Below, in pieces: positions 10,767 to 19,612 of a stretch of DNA of 64,000 nt. The stretch comes from Alphaproteobacteria bacterium. Lineage in GTDB: Bacteria > Pseudomonadota > Alphaproteobacteria > CALKHQ01. Below the pieces are notes generated by a model that made no database searches, was not told the origin of the DNA, and saw nothing but the letters and a program-made list of their open reading frames with translations. Numbering within the stretch: the stretch's first letter is position 1; each line of letters starts with the position of its first letter. The position numbers and the translations under genes were made by a program. Location of the stretch: assembly GCA_965227515.1 (NCBI GenBank), contig CBDDFZ010000001.1, forward strand, positions 288,001 through 352,000, read 5' to 3'.

Positions 10767-11624
10767 ATGTCTGTTCCTGGCCTGCTGCTCGTTCTTGCCG
10801 CCGCCATCTGCCACGCGACCTGGAATTTCCAGGTCAAGAGGATCGGCGGCGGACCCGAACTGGTCTGGCTGTTCTCGGTCATCAGCACGGTCGTCTATCT
10901 GCCGATCGCCGTCATCGTGGTCATCGTCGACGAACCGGCCTTCACCGGCTGGCAGTTGGCGTTCATTGCCGGCAGCGCATGCCTGCACATGGCCTATTTC
11001 CTGCTGCTGCAACAAGGTTACCGGCGGGGCGACCTGTCGCTGGTCTACCCCACGGCGCGCGCCACCGGCCCGCTGCTGTCGACAGCGTTCGCGGTGGTCG
11101 TGCTCAGCGAGACGCTGACCGTCCAGGCTGCCATCGGCGCGACAGTGGTCGTCGTCGGCGTGGTGTGCCTGAGCGGCGGACTGCGGCGCGGGGCCCGCAA
11201 GCTCGCGATCTCGCTCGGCTTCGGTGTTGCCATCGGCTGCCTGATCGCGACCTATACGGTTTGGGACGCCTATGCGGTCACCGCGCTGATGGTGCCGCCG
11301 CTGCTGATGGACTATGGGTCGGGCGCATTGCGCGCGGCGGCGCTGGCGCCCTGGGGCATTCGCCGCTGGGAACAGGTCAGGCGGCACTGGCGCGACCACC
11401 CGGTCGCCGTGCTCGCCATCGCGCTGTTCAACCCGCTGGCCTACATCCTGGTCCTGTATGCGCTGACCTTCACGCCCGTGGTCTACGTGGCGCCGACACG
11501 CGAGCTCAGCGTGGTGATCGCGGTCATCATGGGGTCTGTGCTGCTGGGCGAGGGCGACCTTCGCCGCCGCCTGCTGTGGGCGACCGTCATCCTGGCCGGC
11601 GTCAGCCTGCTGGCAACCGGATAG
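10767..11624 (+). CDS. EamA/DMT-family transporter
   Basis: About 10 hydrophobic segments in two repeats. HATWN and GDLSLVYPTAR..GP motifs, and YVAPTRELSV. Confidence 0.92.
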   Translation: MSVPGLLLVLAAAICHATWNFQVKRIGGGPELVWLFSVISTVVYLPIAVIVVIVDEPAFTGWQLAFIAGSACLHMAYFLLLQQGYRRGDLSLVYPTARATGPLLSTAFAVVVLSETLTVQAAIGATVVVVGVVCLSGGLRRGARKLAISLGFGVAIGCLIATYTVWDAYAVTALMVPPLLMDYGSGALRAAALAPWGIRRWEQVRRHWRDHPVAVLAIALFNPLAYILVLYALTFTPVVYVAPTRELSVVIAVIMGSVLLGEGDLRRRLLWATVILAGVSLLATG

Positions 11625-11747
11625 ATCGGGATCAGCTTACGCTGAATCTGCCCCAGCCCTCTCCCCCACCCGGCCACCCAGCAGGATACTCTCGTGGGTG
11701 GCCGGGTGGGGGAGAGGGTCGGTGCCGACTCAAATGATCATGCTCTA
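11622..11747 (+). mobile_element. Family-A MITE/REP-like element (~126 bp), copy 1
   Basis: Ends TAGATCGGGATCA...TGATCATGCTCTA. Internal ~25-bp stem CCCTCTCCCCCACCCGGCCACCCA/TGGGTGGCCGGGTGGGGGAGAGGG. Four more copies in the window. Confidence 0.9.
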
Positions 11748-11757
11748 GCGGAGGCCC

Positions 11758-12312
11758 TCAGGCCCAGAACCCGGCGGGCGCGCCGCGCCAGGGCGGGGCG
11801 AGGCCGTCGATGGCGGCCAGTCGCGGGCAGTCCTCGGCATGGGCGCCCGGCAGGTAGCCGATGCCGATCAGGAACGAGCCGGTGATCTCGCCGCCGGTGA
11901 ACTTGAAGGTCTTCTTGAACAGCTTGACCCAGTCCTCCTTGCGACGCGGGTGATGGGCGGCGAGCCAGGCGGCGAACCCGCCATGGCTGTCGCGCAGGCC
12001 CTGGACGACGCGCGCATTATGGATCGCCGCGTTCACCTTCAGCGCGTTGCGCACCACGCCGGGGTCGGCGAGCAGGCGCTCCCGGTCGGCCTCGTGGAAC
12101 GCCGCCACCTTGTCGACGTCGAACCCGGCATAGGCGGCCGCCAGGCTGGCACGCTTTTGCAGCACCAGGCCCCAGTTCAGCCCGGCCTGGGTGATTTCCA
12201 GCATCAGGCGCTCGAACAGCCTGGTCTCGTCGGTCTCGGGCACGCCGTACTCGGCGTCGTGATAGGGGCCGTGCAGCGGGTTGGCAGCGGCATAGGCGCA
12301 ATAGCCGGACAT
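11758..12312 (-). CDS. tag: DNA-3-methyladenine glycosylase I
   Basis: YHDAEYG, LFERLMLEITQAGLNW, VVRNALKVNAAIHNA, FKFTG, terminal H..DC. Confidence 0.92.
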   Translation of the reverse strand: MSGYCAYAAANPLHGPYHDAEYGVPETDETRLFERLMLEITQAGLNWGLVLQKRASLAAAYAGFDVDKVAAFHEADRERLLADPGVVRNALKVNAAIHNARVVQGLRDSHGGFAAWLAAHHPRRKEDWVKLFKKTFKFTGGEITGSFLIGIGYLPGAHAEDCPRLAAIDGLAPPWRGAPAGFWA

Positions 12313-12407
12313 CGGGCAGCTCTCGGTCGGGTGACGGGCGGGGTGGATATGACCATCGCCCAACCCTCCTGACAACATGGCGTCAGGAGGGTATGACCGG
12401 GCACGCG

Positions 12408-12977
12408 CTACCAGTCGTACGGCTCGATGTCCTGCGCCTCGATCAGATAGCCGGCGCTGGCGATCTCGGTGTCGATGGACGACGCGGTCAGAATGCCGGT
12501 GACATAGACCGCCTCGAACAGGTCATCGACCTGATAGGGCTTCTTGGTGGTGACATAGACAAGCTGGTTCGGCGGCGGCGGCGGCACGTGGATGCAGGCC
12601 CCGATATAGGGGACCAGGATGAACTCGGTCACCCCGACACCGGCGAAGTCGAACGGCACCACGAAGCCCGGCAGCCTGACCACCTCGCCATTGTACTGGG
12701 TCACGACCTGGTTGCCGTAGGCCTCCAGCGTCTGCATGGCCTGGACGTCGTCGTGCTGCATGATGCCCAGCCCCTCCAGGATGCGGTCGATCTCCGCATC
12801 CTCGGGCAAAAGGTCGTCCCAGGTGATGACAATGGGCAGGTCGTCGGCCTGCGCATTGCCCGTCGCCAAGACTGCGGTGGCCGCGATCAGCGCCGCCGCG
12901 CATGTTCGAACGGTTCGGTTGCGAATGGTTCGGTCGGGGACCATGCGTTCTCTCCCAGGCTGAGGAATATCAGACAC
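12408..12977 (-). CDS. DUF3299-like exported protein (ZrgD-like)
   Basis: ITWDDLLP, VRLPGFVVP, EFILVPYIGACIHVPPPPPNQLV. True start may be 12944. Confidence 0.88.
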   Translation of the reverse strand: MSDIPQPGRERMVPDRTIRNRTVRTCAAALIAATAVLATGNAQADDLPIVITWDDLLPEDAEIDRILEGLGIMQHDDVQAMQTLEAYGNQVVTQYNGEVVRLPGFVVPFDFAGVGVTEFILVPYIGACIHVPPPPPNQLVYVTTKKPYQVDDLFEAVYVTGILTASSIDTEIASAGYLIEAQDIEPYDW

Positions 12978-14226
12978 GGACGGTCATGCCGTCCGCCAGC
13001 GACAGTCGATAGGCGCGATAGGTCGGCGCCAGCCCGATCACCGTGCCGGCCGCGACGATGATCGCCAGCATCATGAGCTCGAACCCGGCCGGCGGCGCGA
13101 TCTGAACGTAGAGCCCGAACTCGGCGTCGATCCACGGGCGGGCGGCGAACAGGCCGGCATAGAGCAGCAGGGTGCCGGCGATCACCCCCGCCACCGAGAT
13201 CATGAACGCTTCCAGCGTCAGCAACCCGGCCACGATGTGCGGCCGCGCGCCGACCGCGCGCAGGATCGCCATCTCGCGCCGGCGCTCGTTCAGCGTGGAC
13301 AGGATCATGATCATCATCCCGATCAGCGCGGTCAGCACCACCATCGCGGAAACAAGCCCCAGCGCAGTCTCGGCGGTGGAAATGAGGCCCCACAGCTCCT
13401 GCAGCGCCACCCCGGGCAGGATCGCCAGCAATGGCTCCTCCGGGTACTCGTTGATCGCGCGCTGCACGCCGAACACGGCCATCCGCGACGCCATGCCGAC
13501 CATCGCCGCGGTAACGGCCTTCGGCGTCAGGTCCATCTCGCGCACCCGGTCCGCTGGTACGCCGGGACCGATTTGCGCGCCGGACCGCCAATCGACATGG
13601 ATCGCCTCGATCGCCTCCAGGCTGACGAACACGGTGCGGTCGACCGGCGTGCCTGTCTTGGCCAGCACCCCGGCGACGCGGAACGGCTTGTCGTCGTGCT
13701 CGGCGAAGCTGCCGGCACCGATGCCATGCGCCACGACAATGGGCGCGTCGACCCGATAGCCCAGGTCGGCGGCGACGTCCGCGCCGAGCACGGCGTCGAA
13801 CAGGTCGTCGAACACACCACCCTCGTCGAACGCCAGCGCGCGGCCGCCACGGTATTGATAGCGTTCGAAGAACGCCTGGCTCGTGCCCATCACCCGGAAG
13901 CCGCGATGGCTGTCGCCGAGGGAGATCGGCACGATCCATTCCACCCCCTCCATCGCGGCGATGTCCTGATAGCTCTCCCAGGTGATGTTGTTGGTGGCGT
14001 TGCCGATGCGGAACACGGCGTAGAGCAGCAATTGCACCGGCCCGCTGCGCGCGCCGACGATCAGGTCGGTGCCTGAGATGGTGTCGGCAAAGCTCTGGCG
14101 GGCGCCGAGGCGGACCTTCTCCACACCCAGGAACAGCGCCGTGCTGAGCGCGAGCGCCAGGATCGTCAGGCCCACCGTCAGCCAGCGGGTGCGCAGGGAG
14201 CGCATGGCCAGTCGCAGCAGAATCAT
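12970..14226 (-). CDS. ABC transporter permease, MacB/FtsX-like (ZrgC-like)
   Basis: DLIVGARSGPVQLLLYAVF, PISLGDSHRGFRVMGT, LNERRREMAILRAVGA. Confidence 0.92.
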   Translation of the reverse strand: MILLRLAMRSLRTRWLTVGLTILALALSTALFLGVEKVRLGARQSFADTISGTDLIVGARSGPVQLLLYAVFRIGNATNNITWESYQDIAAMEGVEWIVPISLGDSHRGFRVMGTSQAFFERYQYRGGRALAFDEGGVFDDLFDAVLGADVAADLGYRVDAPIVVAHGIGAGSFAEHDDKPFRVAGVLAKTGTPVDRTVFVSLEAIEAIHVDWRSGAQIGPGVPADRVREMDLTPKAVTAAMVGMASRMAVFGVQRAINEYPEEPLLAILPGVALQELWGLISTAETALGLVSAMVVLTALIGMMIMILSTLNERRREMAILRAVGARPHIVAGLLTLEAFMISVAGVIAGTLLLYAGLFAARPWIDAEFGLYVQIAPPAGFELMMLAIIVAAGTVIGLAPTYRAYRLSLADGMTVRV

Positions 14227-14930
14227 GTGCCGCCTCCAGTGACGATGTCCTCCAGCCTGACGACCTTGTCGAAATGGGGCGCGAGGCCCTCGTCGTGGCT
14301 GACCATCAGCAGGCTGGCATCCGCCGCCGCCAACTGCCGTAACAGCACATCCAGGAACGCATCGCGGGCGCGAGTGTCCAGGGCGGACGTCGGTTCGTCG
14401 GCGACGATCAGCCCGGGTGCGCCGATCAAGGCACGCGCCGCCGCCACCCGCTGTTGCTGGCCGACGCTGAGGCGGCTGGCGGGCCCGGCGGTTGCCAGGT
14501 CCGACGCAATGCCGAGCGCGTCCAGCAGCGCCAGAGCCTGCTGGCGAACATCCGCCGGCGCCGCCCCCATTTGGCGCCGGCGCTCCGGCGCGAAACGCAG
14601 CGCCAGAAGCACGTTGTCCAATCCCGACACGAACGGGATCAGATTGAACATCTGAAAGATCACGCCGATATGCTCGGCGCGGAAGCGGTCGCGACGGGCC
14701 GCCGACATTGCAGACAGCGCCTGCCCCAGCACCGTGACTTCGCCGTGGCGCGGCGCGTTGATGCCGCAGATCAGGCCAAGCAGTGTCGACTTGCCGCTGC
14801 CCGACGGCCCCACCAGCAGCAGGCGCTCCCGCCGCGCGACGTCGAGTGCTTTCACATCCAGCGAGAAACCGTGGCGACGCTGCCAGCGGAAATGCACATC
14901 GCGCAGGGCAAGTGCGGCGCCGTCAACCAC
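14223..14930 (-). CDS. ABC transporter ATP-binding protein (ZrgB-like)
   Basis: GPSGSGKST, LSVGQQQRV, ADEPTSALD. Confidence 0.93.
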   Translation of the reverse strand: MVDGAALALRDVHFRWQRRHGFSLDVKALDVARRERLLLVGPSGSGKSTLLGLICGINAPRHGEVTVLGQALSAMSAARRDRFRAEHIGVIFQMFNLIPFVSGLDNVLLALRFAPERRRQMGAAPADVRQQALALLDALGIASDLATAGPASRLSVGQQQRVAAARALIGAPGLIVADEPTSALDTRARDAFLDVLLRQLAAADASLLMVSHDEGLAPHFDKVVRLEDIVTGGGT

Positions 14931-14963
14931 CGGTCTGCTCGGCCGCGCGCCGCGCCGGGCCGG

Positions 14964-15653
14964 CTAGATCGAACCGGTCAGGTCGAGAACCGGGTTGTCG
15001 CGCTCGACCTCATAGCCGAAGGAGCCGGCCGCCGACAGCATCTGCACGTCCAGTTCGACCGCATTCGGAAACGCGTCGAAGTAGGCGAAGTCGATGCTCG
15101 TGATGACCTCGACCTCGGCACACGCCAGTTCGTAGGCGGCGCGAAACTCGGTGTGGCTTTCCTCATGCTCGGCATGCTCGTCCGCGTGATCGTCGCCATG
15201 GTCGTCATGGTGCTCATCGGCATGTTCATCATGGTAATCGTCGTCATGATCCTCGGCGTGCTCATCCGCGTGATCGTCGTCGTGTTCGTCCGCGTGATCC
15301 TCATGATGGTCGTCGTCATGGTCGTCCTCTCCGACCAGTGTCGCCCGCGCGTCGACCACTTGGCAGCCCGCCGCCTCCGGCAACACGAACAGGTCCAACG
15401 GTCGCGCCAGCACCGCGATGGCGTCCTCGATGAGCGCCCGGTCCTCATCCGTTTCGGCGGGGTGCTCGAAGCCGACGATATCCGCGCCGGGCGCCTCAAG
15501 CTCGATGAAGACATGGTGGCCTTCGACCGCGATGTTGAAGGTGCCGTGGCCGTGCTCATGAGCGCCAAGCTCGCGGGACGGCTCCTCCGCGCTGGCGACG
15601 TTCGTGATGGCCGCAACCGCGCCGGCAGCGATGAACAATGAACGCGTCGACAT
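14964..15653 (-). CDS. zrgA: DUF2796 / ZrgA-like His-rich periplasmic zinc-uptake protein
   Basis: Signal peptide, AHEHGHG, DIVGFEH, long His/Asp/Glu tract, HTEFRAAYELAC, upstream Zur-like box. Confidence 0.85.
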   Translation of the reverse strand: MSTRSLFIAAGAVAAITNVASAEEPSRELGAHEHGHGTFNIAVEGHHVFIELEAPGADIVGFEHPAETDEDRALIEDAIAVLARPLDLFVLPEAAGCQVVDARATLVGEDDHDDDHHEDHADEHDDDHADEHAEDHDDDYHDEHADEHHDDHGDDHADEHAEHEESHTEFRAAYELACAEVEVITSIDFAYFDAFPNAVELDVQMLSAAGSFGYEVERDNPVLDLTGSI

Positions 15654-15685
15654 CTTCGATCTTCCCCTGATGGCACCGTACAATT

Positions 15686-15737
15686 GGGCAGTCGGGCAGT
15701 CGGCCATTCGGCCATTCGGCCATTCGGCCATTCGGCA
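15686..15737. repeat. 8-bp tandem repeat in the zrgA leader
   Basis: (GGGCAGTC)2(GGCCATTC)4 followed by a partial unit. Confidence 0.9.
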
Positions 15738-15770
15738 ATCTAGTGACCGGTGCGCGCTGCGTCGCGTGAA

Positions 15771-15790
15771 TGTTATGTTATTACATAACA
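15771..15790. promoter_or_regulatory. Zur box
   Basis: Palindrome TGTTATGT-TATT-ACATAACA upstream of a zinc-uptake-type operon. Confidence 0.8.
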
Positions 15791-15880
15791 GACACATGGT
15801 GTTGCAAGGGCGATGTTTCGGCAGCCGGCAATCGGGGAGGTTATCGTCGCGATGCCACCCGGGCAGATTACGGTGGAATA

Positions 15881-15959
15881 CGGTGACAGTTTACTAATTA
15901 CTTCTCAGGGAATGCGCAGATGACCTAGGGGGGCGGTTGTAATTAGTAAACTGTCACCG
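15881..15959. repeat. Perfect 21-bp inverted repeat pair (REP/MITE-like)
   Basis: CGGTGACAGTTTACTAATTAC (15881-15901) and GTAATTAGTAAACTGTCACCG (15939-15959). Confidence 0.9.
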
Positions 15960-15970
15960 AAATATTGCTG

Positions 15971-16615
15971 TCAGCTCGATGCGAAGCCGGTTACGGCGTC
16001 CGCCGCCTCGTCCCAGGCCTGGTCGGCGGTGCGGCCGCTGCGTTTCAGCGGCTTCAGGTCGTGGTCGCCGCCCTCGATCCAGGTGACACTCACCGCCTCT
16101 GAGAGCGAATAAGCGGTGACCTCGTCAGGTCGGCCGAACGGGTCGCGGGTGCCTTGCACGATCAGGGTCGGCGTGCGCTGGCCCTCCAGGTGCGCGGTGC
16201 GGGTCTTCTCCGGCTTGCCGGGCGGGTGGAACGGGTAGCCGAGACAGGCGACGCCAACGATGGGCAGGCCGTCATCGGCGAACGGATCGGCGACCATGGA
16301 GGCCACCCGGCCGCCCATCGACTTGCCGCCAATGACGATGCGTGCGTCCGGCCTGGCCGCGGCAACATTCTCGACCACCGCGCGGAAGCGCTCGGTCAGC
16401 GCCGGCATCCGGTCCGGGCCCTTCTTCTTGCCCTCGGTGCGGCGCGCCGCCATGTAGGCGAACTCGAACCGCACCACCGCAAGCCCGCGTTCGGCGAGGC
16501 GCGCGGCGATACCGGTCATGAAGGGGCTGTCCATCGGGGCGCCGGCGCCGTGGGCCAGCACGACGACCATCGCCGCATCGGCGGGCCCGTCGACCAGCAG
16601 GTCACCGGCCAGCAT
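15971..16615 (-). CDS. Alpha/beta hydrolase (COG3571-like)
   Basis: LAHGAGAPMDS, GGKSMGGR nucleophile elbow, GYPFHPPGKPEK, QGTRDPFG, GDHDL. Confidence 0.9.
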   Translation of the reverse strand: MLAGDLLVDGPADAAMVVVLAHGAGAPMDSPFMTGIAARLAERGLAVVRFEFAYMAARRTEGKKKGPDRMPALTERFRAVVENVAAARPDARIVIGGKSMGGRVASMVADPFADDGLPIVGVACLGYPFHPPGKPEKTRTAHLEGQRTPTLIVQGTRDPFGRPDEVTAYSLSEAVSVTWIEGGDHDLKPLKRSGRTADQAWDEAADAVTGFASS

Positions 16616-16621
16616 GGGACG

Positions 16622-17143
16622 CTAGCGCTTGCGGAAGGCGTCCAACGCCACGACGTTGTCGTCGCCCGACGCGGCGTCGCCGTCTTCGGCGATCTCCAGG
16701 TCCGACGTGGGCTGGTCCCCGCCCTGCTGATCCTCGGTCTTGGTCTCGGCCAATTCGTCGGACATGCCGAGCTTGGCCGTGCCATCGGCGGACTCGCCCT
16801 TGAACTGCAGGCCGAAATTGACCGATGGGTCGGCAAACCCGGTCAGCGCGGCGAACGGCACCACCAGGCGCTCGTGGTGCTTGTTGAAGCTGAGGGTGAC
16901 CGCGAAATGGTCTTCCAACACCTCCAGGCCCCAGAACTTGTGCTGGAGCACGATGGTCATCTCCTCCGGGTACTTGGCGACCAGGAAGTCCGCGATGTCC
17001 ACGCCGGGCGCGGAGGTGCGGAATGTGATGTAGAGGTGGTGATTGCCCGGCAGCCCGTCTTCCGCCACCGTTTCCAGCGTGCGGCGCACCACCCCGCGCA
17101 GGGCGTCTTCGACAAACGTGTCATAGCGGATCAGCGGCGTCAT
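16622..17143 (-). CDS. sspB: ClpXP adaptor SspB (alphaproteobacterial type)
   Basis: ALRGVVR, LPGNHHLYITF, YPEEMTIVLQH, FADPSVNFGLQF, C-terminal VVALDAFRKR. Adjacent to ssrA. Confidence 0.93.
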   Translation of the reverse strand: MTPLIRYDTFVEDALRGVVRRTLETVAEDGLPGNHHLYITFRTSAPGVDIADFLVAKYPEEMTIVLQHKFWGLEVLEDHFAVTLSFNKHHERLVVPFAALTGFADPSVNFGLQFKGESADGTAKLGMSDELAETKTEDQQGGDQPTSDLEIAEDGDAASGDDNVVALDAFRKR

Positions 17144-17198
17144 CGACCGGGCGGCTCCCGTGAGTTTCTGCGGGCGCGCCGGCGGCCGCGCCAAATCA

Positions 17199-17476
17199 GT
17201 GGGGGGCTTCTGTTGCCCGGCGCCCCCCGAAACCGCGCTTACCTAAATTTAGGCAGCGAGTGCGATTTCGTTATCGTTCGCACCTAGGTTTTGGCCCGAT
17301 AACGGCGGTACCATGCCGGGCGAAAGCACTGTCTTTACACGCACGTCGATCCTGTTTCGCCCCCATGATGCGCCCTGGAAACCCGGGCGGATAATGGTGG
17401 AGGCGCCGGGTACTGCCCCCGGGTCCGCAACGCTTATTTCACAGACCGTTTATCGCCATAGCCGAGCAAGCCCGGC
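17199..17476 (-). ncRNA. ssrA: Two-piece (circularly permuted) tmRNA
   Basis: Minus strand: T-arm/acceptor 3' end ...CCCGGCGCCTCCACCA (ends 17395), a 30-nt intervening segment, then GGGGGCGAAACAGGATCGAC (starts 17364). Tag ORF ANDNEIALAA* at 17281-17249. TATAAT -10 at 17488-17483. Confidence 0.95.
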
Positions 17477-17610
17477 AGTAAGATTATAAAGGACGTTTTG
17501 CGGTGATTTAAAGGCCCGAGGGCGTTCGGCGGGCCGAAATGCGATTCGGCACGCCGGGACTCGCATTGCTATAGTCGCCACCCGTTCCGCCGCAAGATCA
17601 CGAGTCGCCC

Positions 17611-18630
17611 GTGCCCCTCACATCGCTCGAACAAGAGGAAATCGACCGCCAGCGCGCCCAGTCCGCCGCCACCCGGCGTATGTGCGTGCCGGCACTGGAG
17701 GAGGAGCTGTTCTCCGCCATCCCGGTGCTGGACCACGGGTTCGTGCGGGTGGTCGACTACATGGGCAGCGACGAGGCGGTGGTGCAGGCGGCGCGCGTGT
17801 CCTATGGCAGCGGCACCAAGCAGGTCTCCAACGACCGCGGGCTGATCCGCTATTTGATGCGCCACCGGCACACCACGCCGTTCGAAATGTGCGAGATCAA
17901 GTTCCATGTGAAGCTGCCGATCTTCGTCGCCCGCCAGTGGATCCGGCACCGCACCGCCAACGTGAACGAATATTCCGCCCGCTATTCCCGCATGGACCGG
18001 GAGTTCTACGTGCCGGATGCGGACTATCTGAGCGGCCTGATCGCGGGCAAGAAGGCCGACGAGCGCCAGTTGAAGCTGTTCGGCGGCGAGGAAGCCGCGG
18101 CCCCCACCGCCACCGGGCTGCAATCGACCACCAACAAGCAGGGCCGCGAGACCGGCCTGGATGTCGAGGAGGTGGGCGACGCCATCGGCAAGATCGACCG
18201 CATCTCGAAGCAGGCGTACGGCACGTACACCACGCTATTGAACGAGGACGAGCGCGGCCGCAAGAAGGACGAGAATCGCACCGGCCTGGCGCGCGAGCTG
18301 GCCCGCATGGTACTGCCGGTCAACGTCTATACCCAGTGGTACTGGAAGATCGACCTGCACAATCTGCTCCATTTCATCAGCCTGCGCGCCGACGCCCACG
18401 CGCAATACGAGATCAGGGCCTATGCCGATGTGCTGGCGGACGTGACCAAGAAGTGGATGCCGCTGACGTTCGAGGCGTTCGAGGACTATGTGCAGGGCGC
18501 CGCCAACCTGTCGCGCGGCGCGCTCGACGTGGTGCGCCGCCTGCTCGCCCGCGAAGAGGTGACCCAGGAGAACAGCGGGCTCACCAAGCGGGAATGGCTG
18601 GAACTGAAGGCCCAGGGGCTGGTCGGTTAG
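17611..18630 (+). CDS. thyX: FAD-dependent thymidylate synthase with an internal insertion
   Basis: [51 protein letters not shown]. Confidence 0.97.
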   Translation: MPLTSLEQEEIDRQRAQSAATRRMCVPALEEELFSAIPVLDHGFVRVVDYMGSDEAVVQAARVSYGSGTKQVSNDRGLIRYLMRHRHTTPFEMCEIKFHVKLPIFVARQWIRHRTANVNEYSARYSRMDREFYVPDADYLSGLIAGKKADERQLKLFGGEEAAAPTATGLQSTTNKQGRETGLDVEEVGDAIGKIDRISKQAYGTYTTLLNEDERGRKKDENRTGLARELARMVLPVNVYTQWYWKIDLHNLLHFISLRADAHAQYEIRAYADVLADVTKKWMPLTFEAFEDYVQGAANLSRGALDVVRRLLAREEVTQENSGLTKREWLELKAQGLVG

Positions 18631-18753
18631 AGCATGATCAATTAAGTCGGCACCGGCCCTCTCCCCCACCCGACCGCCCACGAAAGTATCCTGCTGGGTG
18701 GCCGGGTGGGGGAGAGGGCTGGCGCAGATTCAGCGTAAGCTGATCCCGATCTA
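18628..18753 (-). mobile_element. Family-A MITE copy 2 (inverted)
   Basis: Near reverse complement of 11622-11747. Begins at the thyX TAG stop. Confidence 0.9.
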
Positions 18754-18779
18754 AAAGACTCAGCCGCCCCGGTCGCGAC

Positions 18780-19487
18780 CTACATCTTCATATCGAACAG
18801 CAGGAACTCGGAATCCTCGTCCTCGCTGGCGATATCGAACGTCCCGGGCTCCTTGATCGCAGCGCCGTCGCCGTCGAACAGCGGCTCCCCGGCCACCGTC
18901 AGCGATCCGCGGATGAGCTGAATCCAGGCGCCACGTCCCGGCGCCAGCTCATGGGATACCCGGTCTCCCGGCCCCAGGATCGAGGCATAGAGCGCAACGT
19001 CGCGATGGATGGTGACCGAGCCGTCCCTGCCGTCATGCGAGCCGACCAGCCGCAGCCGGCCCCGCTTCTCGTCCTCCGCAACCGAGATCTGCTCATAGCC
19101 GGGAGCCAGGCCCTTGCGTTCCGGCAGGATCCAGATCTGCAGGAAATGCGCCTCGTCGATATCGGAAGCGTTGTACTCGCTGTGGCGGATGCCGGTGCCG
19201 GCCGACATGCGTTGCACATCGTCCGGGCGGATCACCGACCCATTGCCCTCGCTGTCCTGGTGGCGCAGCGCGCCATCGATCACGTAGGTGACGATCTCCA
19301 TATCGGCGTGAGGATGGGTGGGAAAGCCCTGCCCCGGCGAGACGCGGTCCTCGTTGATCACGCGCAACGGCCCGAAACCCATGTGGGCCGGGTCGTGATA
19401 GTGGCCGAAGGAAAACGTGTGCTTGGACGTCAGCCAGTCGAACCGGGCGGTGCCACGCGCATCGGCGTGCCTGAGTGTGAGGTCCAT
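18780..19487 (-). CDS. Pirin-family protein (YhhW-like)
   Basis: WLTSKHTFSF, GFPTHPHADMEIVTY, HQDSEGN, MSAGTGIRHSE, FLQIWI. Start set at MDLTLRH after a GGGAG RBS. Confidence 0.93.
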   Translation of the reverse strand: MDLTLRHADARGTARFDWLTSKHTFSFGHYHDPAHMGFGPLRVINEDRVSPGQGFPTHPHADMEIVTYVIDGALRHQDSEGNGSVIRPDDVQRMSAGTGIRHSEYNASDIDEAHFLQIWILPERKGLAPGYEQISVAEDEKRGRLRLVGSHDGRDGSVTIHRDVALYASILGPGDRVSHELAPGRGAWIQLIRGSLTVAGEPLFDGDGAAIKEPGTFDIASEDEDSEFLLFDMKM

Positions 19488-19612
19488 CGCGTTGTCTCCC
19501 GCATCCGGCGGCCACACGACGGCCGCGCCGGGCAGGAGATGTGATCGGCGCCGCGCCAAGTCAACGGGTGGGCGTGCGGGCCGGCGCCGACTCAGCGCAA
19601 GCGAAAAACGAG

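Noticed and set aside
17365-17420. Genomic island integrated at tmRNA, or a stand-alone tRNA
   Set aside because: No integrase or duplicated 3' end was seen, and the tRNA-like arm belongs to the permuted tmRNA.
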